Source: Candidatus Omnitrophota bacterium
GTDB taxonomy: Bacteria; Ratteibacteria; UBA8468; MWAK01
Direction: 5' to 3'
Length of the DNA: 42,731 bases
Assembly: GCA_026387085.1 (NCBI GenBank)
Contig: JAPLMK010000091.1
Span: forward strand, 1-42,731
In this document: positions 37,343-42,731 of the stretch, in pieces
Layout of the letters: each line of letters starts with the position of its first letter
How positions within the stretch are numbered: position 1 is the stretch's first letter
Notes under the pieces: model-generated
Told to the model about the DNA's origin: nothing
The model's database searches: none
What the model saw: the letters and a program-made list of their open reading frames with translations, nothing else
Made by a program: the position numbers and the translations under genes

Positions 37343-39076
37343 TTACCCTCCGGTCTGGCCGATGCTTTCCCGTAAACTCTTTATCTCCAATTCCACGCAA
37401 TTAATTCCATCCTCTCCGGACATTTTGGGAACATAAGCAACATCCACCAGAAAGCCGGCCGGTAAAGACGGTTGCAATTTAGCCATGCCGAAATAAATCG
37501 CCTGCCGAAAAACCTGGCCTTGCTTCAACCACAATTTTAAGTGATTCTTGCCCACCACCCGGCTATACCGCTGCACCTCCAGACCAAAACTGGCCAGAAT
37601 CGGAGCCGGATTCTCCTGTCCGTAAGGCGCAAGTGTCTCAATCTCCCGAATAAGATCCGGCGTCAGATCTGAAAGTTCAATCTGCGCGTCAATTTTGATA
37701 CGCGCCTCTAATTCCTCGACCTTTAAACTTTTTTCGGCCAACACTTCCATCGCGCATCGAAACTCATCGAGCCGTTCCGGTAAAACCCCAACGCCCACCG
37801 CTTTCTGATGCCCCCCGAAAGAGATCAGCAGAGCACGGCAGGATTGAACCGCTTCAAAAAGATGAAAACCCGGGATGGAACGGCCGCTTCCTTTGGCCAG
37901 GTGCGGCGTGATTCCAAAAATAATAGCCGGACGATGATAGCGGTCAACAATCTTTCCGGCAACAATACCAACCACTCCGGGATGCCAGTCCTCGTTCCCC
38001 ATGATAATTATAGAACGTTCATCCAGATTTTGTTCTTCAATTTCGCGACAGGCCGCTTCCAATGCTTTTTGTCCCAACCGTTGCCGTTTACGGTTGCCCT
38101 GCTCCAGCATTTCCGCGCTGGCCGCCCGCTCAGATTCACTCTCGGTCAAAAATAACTGGAGCGCCACATCGGCCGTAGAAAGACGTCCGGCCGCATTAAT
38201 CCTCGGGCCGAGAACCCACCCTACTGTCTGCGTATCAACACGACCGGGCTTGATTCCCGCCTGCCGGAAAATTTCCCGGAAGGCAGGACGCGGTGCACGG
38301 CGCAATATCTCTAAACCCTGGTGGGTAAGAATACGGCTTTCTCCCCGAAGCGGCGACAGATCGGCGATAGTGCCGGTCGCAACCAGGTCAAGGTAGTCTA
38401 TCCCAACCTGGTCCTCGGAGAAATTAGGCCTATTGCCCTTCTGCGACAGAGCAACTGCCCGGACCAGTTCAAAAGCCACCCCTACACCGGAAAGACTTTT
38501 GAACTTCTCTTCCCGGCCCAGGTGGGGATTTACCAGCGGCACACCCTGCGGAACCTGTCCGGAAGGCAAATGGTGGTCGGTGATGATCAAGTCAAGATTA
38601 ATTTCTTTCGCCTGCGCTACCACGTCCGCCGCGCCAATTCCGCAATCAACCGAAATCACCAGCCCCACTCCGCTATTTTTTTTAGCTTCGCGTAATGGGT
38701 TAAAGTGCAGGCCGTAACCTTCGTCAATTCGGTGGGGAATATAAGTAAAAACCGGCATGCCCGCTTCTCGCAGGAAAAGAGTCAATAACGCGGTGGCCGT
38801 TACACCGTCGGCATCGTAATCGCCGTAAACCAGAATCGGTTCCTTGTTCTTCAAGGCCTCCCCGACCCGCGCCGCCGCCGCTTCCATTCCGGGCAGGTCA
38901 AACGGATCGGAAAGATTGTTAAAAGTGGGGTTGAGGAAGGTTTCTCCTTCCCGGGCATTACCGATACCGCGGTTTATCAATAAAGCAGCTAAAAAAGGCG
39001 AGATGGCCAATTTTCCGGCCAAGTCTGACTTAAGGTCCTCGTCCTGCGAAATAAATTCCCAGACCTTATTGTCCAT
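37343..39076 (-). CDS. recJ: ssDNA exonuclease RecJ
   Basis: GDYDADG, EGYGL, VDCG, TDHH, GPRINAAGR, GSGRS, GGH. Confidence 0.96.
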   Translation of the reverse strand: MDNKVWEFISQDEDLKSDLAGKLAISPFLAALLINRGIGNAREGETFLNPTFNNLSDPFDLPGMEAAAARVGEALKNKEPILVYGDYDADGVTATALLTLFLREAGMPVFTYIPHRIDEGYGLHFNPLREAKKNSGVGLVISVDCGIGAADVVAQAKEINLDLIITDHHLPSGQVPQGVPLVNPHLGREEKFKSLSGVGVAFELVRAVALSQKGNRPNFSEDQVGIDYLDLVATGTIADLSPLRGESRILTHQGLEILRRAPRPAFREIFRQAGIKPGRVDTQTVGWVLGPRINAAGRLSTADVALQLFLTESESERAASAEMLEQGNRKRQRLGQKALEAACREIEEQNLDERSIIIMGNEDWHPGVVGIVAGKIVDRYHRPAIIFGITPHLAKGSGRSIPGFHLFEAVQSCRALLISFGGHQKAVGVGVLPERLDEFRCAMEVLAEKSLKVEELEARIKIDAQIELSDLTPDLIREIETLAPYGQENPAPILASFGLEVQRYSRVVGKNHLKLWLKQGQVFRQAIYFGMAKLQPSLPAGFLVDVAYVPKMSGEDGINCVELEIKSLRESIGQTGG

Positions 39077-39363
39077 CAAACAGTTTCGGCCGGTCCGGAT
39101 TCATCGTCAGATTTCGTCGAAAGCTGACGAGCCAAGGCGAGCAGTTCTTCCGAGGTTACGTCCGCAGGGTTAATCTCCTCAAAGCGTTTTTCGCCGATCA
39201 GGAGCGCCGGGATACGGCCGATATTATGATAGGCCATTTCAACCATACCTTCGGTAACTCCGATATCATAATAAGTGAAAGGAATAGAAAGATGCGCGAG
39301 TTTCCGCTTCCATCCTTCACAGAGCGCGCAACCTTCTTTTCCGAATAAAATAATATTTTTCAT
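39076..39363 (-). CDS. Glutaredoxin/NrdH-like protein
   Basis: GCALC CxxC motif and IP cis-Pro motif. Confidence 0.75.
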   Translation of the reverse strand: MKNIILFGKEGCALCEGWKRKLAHLSIPFTYYDIGVTEGMVEMAYHNIGRIPALLIGEKRFEEINPADVTSEELLALARQLSTKSDDESGPAETV

Positions 39364-39815
39364 GTTTTTTTCTTTTGCTCAATGGTTATTCCGGCTTCCG
39401 ACAATATGCTCCGGGCAAATTCGTCAGGGTAATCGCCGGCAATCACGATCCGGCTGACCTTGCAGTTGATAAGCATCTTGGCGCAAGTAACGCACGGCTG
39501 GCAGGTAACGTACAGTGTTGCTCCGGCAATCGGCAAACCGTAAAGAGCTGCCTGGATTATGGCGTTCTGCTCCGCGTGTAACCCCCGGCACAATTCCTGC
39601 CGCTCTCCGGACGGAATCCCGCGCTCCTCGCGCAAACACCCGATTTCAAGGCAATGCCTTAAATTAGCCGGAGCGCCGTTATAGCCGGTTGTCAGGATGC
39701 GTTTTTCGCGCACCAAAACTGCGCCTACCTGACGCCGCAGGCAGGTAGAACGCGTGGCAACCAAATCGGCAATCTCTAAAAAATAACTGTCCCAGTCCGG
39801 ACGTTTTTTCGTCAT
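39360..39815 (-). CDS. dCMP deaminase (ComEB-like)
   Basis: [35 protein letters not shown]. Confidence 0.93.
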   Translation of the reverse strand: MTKKRPDWDSYFLEIADLVATRSTCLRRQVGAVLVREKRILTTGYNGAPANLRHCLEIGCLREERGIPSGERQELCRGLHAEQNAIIQAALYGLPIAGATLYVTCQPCVTCAKMLINCKVSRIVIAGDYPDEFARSILSEAGITIEQKKKT

Positions 39816-39876
39816 CAATTATCATTGCCGCGGCCGCCTTGTCGGCAACCGCGGCAATCGCATCTCCTGTTATTGT

Positions 39877-40545
39877 TTACTTTTTCGATTTCTGAAAATA
39901 TCCTTCAAGCCATCCCTTGATTAAATCCTTGGAACCAAGCGCAAAAGCCAGGGCTGCGCCAAAACAAAAAGCAGCCAAGATAATGTTGAAGGTGCTGCTG
40001 ATAAAAGAGGTGGCAATTCCGATTATCTGCAGAGCCAGCACGGTACCGAAGATAACAATTCCCGATTCGGCCACTTTCGCCAGAAAACCCGGATTATCAA
40101 TACCGGCATTAGCCACCGAAGTTTGAACCACTCCCTTAAAAAACCGGCCCAGGAACAGGGACAGGATGAAGATGATTATCCCCAGCACAAATCTCGGAAT
40201 AAATTCCAAAAGCTGCCCGATGACGATGGGGGGGATAGAAATATTGCCCACCATCAGCGCGATAAAAACCACCACCAGCAGCATTATCCAATAGACCGCG
40301 ATACCCAGTAGTTCCGAAACCGGTTTAGTGATGTTTCCTTTTTCCAGCAGACCCTTAAATCCGGAATCTTCCACCAACTTATCAATCTTTATTTCCTTAA
40401 ATAATCTGGTAATTAAAAAACATAAAATCTTGGCAATCAACCAACCGAGCAAAAAGACTATCAACGCCAGAATCAACGTTGACAAGCCGCCCCAAAGTTT
40501 TTGCAACATCTCCGTCGCCGGCATAAAAATATTTTCCGTTCCCAT
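39877..40545 (-). CDS. CmpX/MscS conserved-TM-helix membrane protein
   Basis: Repeated P....GIIIF.L..FLG helices, LAFALGS tail; AGGAGG SD before ATG 40545. Confidence 0.8.
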   Translation of the reverse strand: MGTENIFMPATEMLQKLWGGLSTLILALIVFLLGWLIAKILCFLITRLFKEIKIDKLVEDSGFKGLLEKGNITKPVSELLGIAVYWIMLLVVVFIALMVGNISIPPIVIGQLLEFIPRFVLGIIIFILSLFLGRFFKGVVQTSVANAGIDNPGFLAKVAESGIVIFGTVLALQIIGIATSFISSTFNIILAAFCFGAALAFALGSKDLIKGWLEGYFQKSKK

Positions 40546-40766
40546 TCTCTCCTCCTTTGGTCGCCAAAACACGGACGCCTGGAGCGGCAAAGCCGCCCTT
40601 CTAACGGGCGTCCGGATTGTGACGGTGACCTTTTCCCGCCGTAACTTCCGCCTGCGCCAAAGTTTAGCGGCTGCGGTTATGAAAGCGGGTTTTAGCCGCC
40701 GGCGTGTTATAAGCAGGCGACTTTACAAAGATCTCACATCTTTACTTGCAACAACCTTCAGGTTCT

Positions 40767-40833
40767 ATTTTAGCAGGATAAAAAATGATAGTCAAATAAA
40801 ACAGTTGACAAAACGCTCAATAGTAACGATAAT
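40767..40833. promoter_or_regulatory. Back-to-back sigma70 promoters
   Basis: Minus TTGACT(40795-90)-17-TAAAAT(40772-67) with TG; plus TTGACA(40805-10)-17-GATAAT(40828-33). Confidence 0.65.
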
Positions 40834-40854
40834 ATTAAGAGTAAGGAGGCGGAT

Positions 40855-41550
40855 ATAGAAACAAAAATAGGCAAAAAGACGCTTGGCTTTGCGAAACCGC
40901 TCGTTTAAATTACCGCGCTTTTTTTATTTTTTGCCGTCTTTTCGGCGGGCCTGACGGGAATCGAAAAAAACGACGGCGATAATCTCACGGCAACCGGCAC
41001 GCAAAGTTACGTAATTAACACCCGTTACCTGATAGGTTGTGATTATTACAATCAGGGTGTTAAATATTCCAATAACCAACAGTACGAAAAATCACTGGTT
41101 TGCTTCCGCAAGGCAGTGGAATTGTTGCCCAAGGGCCACCCGGGATACGTCCTTTCCAAAATTGAAATCCAGCGCCTGACCGACCCGGAGATTCTGGAGG
41201 AAAAAAAGAGCAAATATGAAATATTGCTTACGGAGACAGTCATCCAGCAACTAAGCGAAATCGAAAAAGAAGCCCGGCAGATAGTCGGAGTTACGGTTGA
41301 AGAAGCACCGCAGCCCGCGGAAGAAAATCAGGAGGCGGAAAGGGAAAAACGGCTCAAGAAAGCCGCCCGGCAGGTTGCCCTGGAACTCGCAATTGAAAAC
41401 CTGAAAAAACAGATTGAACAGAAAAAAAATATAACCGAACCACTGAAATCTTCCGTAAGAAACCAAAAAACAGAGCCCGAAAATGAAGAAGGGCTGTTAA
41501 AAGAAAAGATCAGGTTATTGATAGACCAGGAATTCGCCACCAAGAAATAG
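40855..41550 (+). pseudogene. Exported TPR-like/coiled-coil protein with ATA start and premature TAA
   Basis: AAGGAGG SD, then ATA 40855 in frame with track ORF 41116-41550. TAA at 40906 falls in the signal-like segment; TPR-like YNQGVKY...YEKSLVCFRKAVEL follows. Confidence 0.6.
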
Positions 41551-41560
41551 AGGTTTGATT

Positions 41561-42385
41561 ATGGCCTGGAAATGCCCTCATTGTAACAAAAAACTGGCGG
41601 AAAATGACGCCACCAGGGGTAACTGCCCTTTCTGCTTCCAGGTTTTTGACCTGCCCGAAGAACTTCAGGAAGAAGCGGTTTCGGACGAAGAACCCGCTCC
41701 AAATTTGCCGATTACCCGCAATCCCGACTCTGCCCTGCTCTGGTTATCGCTTACCACTCTGTGTTTATTATTAGTTTCGCTCTTTCTGGAAATCTGGCAC
41801 CCATCAGAAAAATATCAGCCGGCCTCAACTAAAATAGAAACGGGTAAAACAGACCCCGGTCAGGCAGAACCGCTTCCGCCGACAAAAGAGAGCGAAGAAG
41901 TAAAATCAATCCGGCTCAAAGAAAAGGAAATTGCCCAGACGGTTCTGTTTGAGTACGGAACAAAAACCTGCCAGAAAATTAAAGAGTCCCTAAAACAGGA
42001 ATATCTTCTGCAGCAAAAAGACGAGGCGAAATTCGGCAACTTATTTGGCAGTCCGATCGGCCTGGCGCATACCCAATTGCAATCAGTTTATACCCAATAC
42101 GGCCAGGCCTACCTTTTGTTGCTCGATGCAAACAAAAACTCGGACGGACTTAAAATCATCACTAATGATATTACGGTCAGCGACACCGATTTCGCAAAAG
42201 GGAAACTGGTTATCCAGTCGGTTACCCCTCTTTCGCTGGATGCCAAAAACAGCGCCCTGTTTAACGCGGTCCACTCCGAACCTTATCAGTTCCTTGTTTC
42301 CTGCACCCGCCCCGAAAAAGAATGGAAGGTAAAGGAATGGACTATTATCGGCACCGATTGGAATTTCCGGCCTTTGCCCCGCTGA
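41561..42385 (+). CDS. Zinc-ribbon, single-TM hypothetical protein
   Basis: CPHC...CPFC N-terminus, acidic linker, TM LLWLSLTTLCLLLVSLFL. Confidence 0.75.
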   Translation: MAWKCPHCNKKLAENDATRGNCPFCFQVFDLPEELQEEAVSDEEPAPNLPITRNPDSALLWLSLTTLCLLLVSLFLEIWHPSEKYQPASTKIETGKTDPGQAEPLPPTKESEEVKSIRLKEKEIAQTVLFEYGTKTCQKIKESLKQEYLLQQKDEAKFGNLFGSPIGLAHTQLQSVYTQYGQAYLLLLDANKNSDGLKIITNDITVSDTDFAKGKLVIQSVTPLSLDAKNSALFNAVHSEPYQFLVSCTRPEKEWKVKEWTIIGTDWNFRPLPR

Positions 42386-42503
42386 TAACAAACCTGCCCT
42401 GCTTTGACTTGGCGTATAATTTTGTGCTAAAATTAAATGGTTTTTATTTTGGATATTTAAACCGAAACAACAACTTTCCTCAATACCAAAAGGAGCGAAA
42501 ACT

Positions 42504-42731
42504 ATGTTTAGTTTAATTATCTTCACCAGCCTGCTTGGTCTGTTAGTGGCTTACTTTCTCGCGCGGCACGTTCTCAGCCAGGAGATGGGCAATCTCCAGA
42601 TGCAGGAAATCTCCAACCACATCCGGGAAGGCGCCATGGCGTTTCTGAAACGCCAGTACGGCACGATTGCCGCCTTAACCGCGGTGCTGGCCGTCATCAT
42701 CTTCCTCATCTACGCGCTGAGCGGAAAGGTC
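42504..42731 (+). CDS. hppA: Membrane-bound Na+/H+-translocating pyrophosphatase, N-terminus only (runs off the window)
   Basis: AGGAG SD; MFSLIIFTSLLGLLVAYFLARHVLSQEMGNLQMQEISNHIREGAMAFLKRQY; not in ORF track. Confidence 0.88.
   Translation, partial: MFSLIIFTSLLGLLVAYFLARHVLSQEMGNLQMQEISNHIREGAMAFLKRQYGTIAALTAVLAVIIFLIYALSGKV

Noticed and set aside
39824-39858. Hairpin attgccgcgg...ccgcggcaat as an intrinsic terminator
   Set aside because: No U-tract on the transcribed strand; function unresolved.
40560-40725. Known c-di-GMP-I or c-di-AMP (ydaO) riboswitch
   Set aside because: Only fragments such as GCAAAGCC appear, on the wrong strand and without the consensus order; kept as an unassigned structured leader.
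40328-40858. 176-aa plus-strand ORF
   Set aside because: Antisense to the CmpX-like gene and its leader, crosses two promoters, no motif.

Overview
Chromosomal, mostly housekeeping DNA from a diderm, probably anaerobic bacterium. NfnAB-like genes, rubrerythrin, a membrane pyrophosphatase and LPS genes support this; a PVC/Omnitrophota-like origin is only an inference. Gene order: nfnA tail-nfnB/gltA, 29-aa lipoprotein, LiaF-like/pspC/rubrerythrin (-), trpS-hisC, cdaA-mini cdaR-pdxJ-hypothetical, a sugar cluster (SrlD-like SDR, XylA-fold isomerase, araB, araD), argC-aroE, ThuA, MFS, lptG-[GxxExxY cassette]-lptF (-), UroD-family, nusA-infB-HIT-kdsA-kdsD-(lptC/lptA remnant)-spoIID-hpf-ptsN-ptsI-pgi/pmi-metK-coaE-rho-oppD-O-antigen ligase/TPR-rpmB, recJ-glutaredoxin-dCMP deaminase-MscS-TM (-), a TPR pseudogene, a Zn-ribbon protein and the start of hppA. 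I saw no rRNA, tRNA, CRISPR array or transposase. The unusual content is mostly non-coding. At least nine distinct short palindromic or periodic repeat families occupy intergenic gaps, some are translated in frame, and several supply start or stop codons. They include a nonamer-repeat cassette found both carrying a GxxExxY nuclease gene and empty, three heptamer-periodic elements and two MITEs. Also notable: unannotated micro-ORFs, a ~215-nt structured leader, an AraA-less pentose cluster and several deletions or frameshifts. All family assignments come from motif recognition without database searches.
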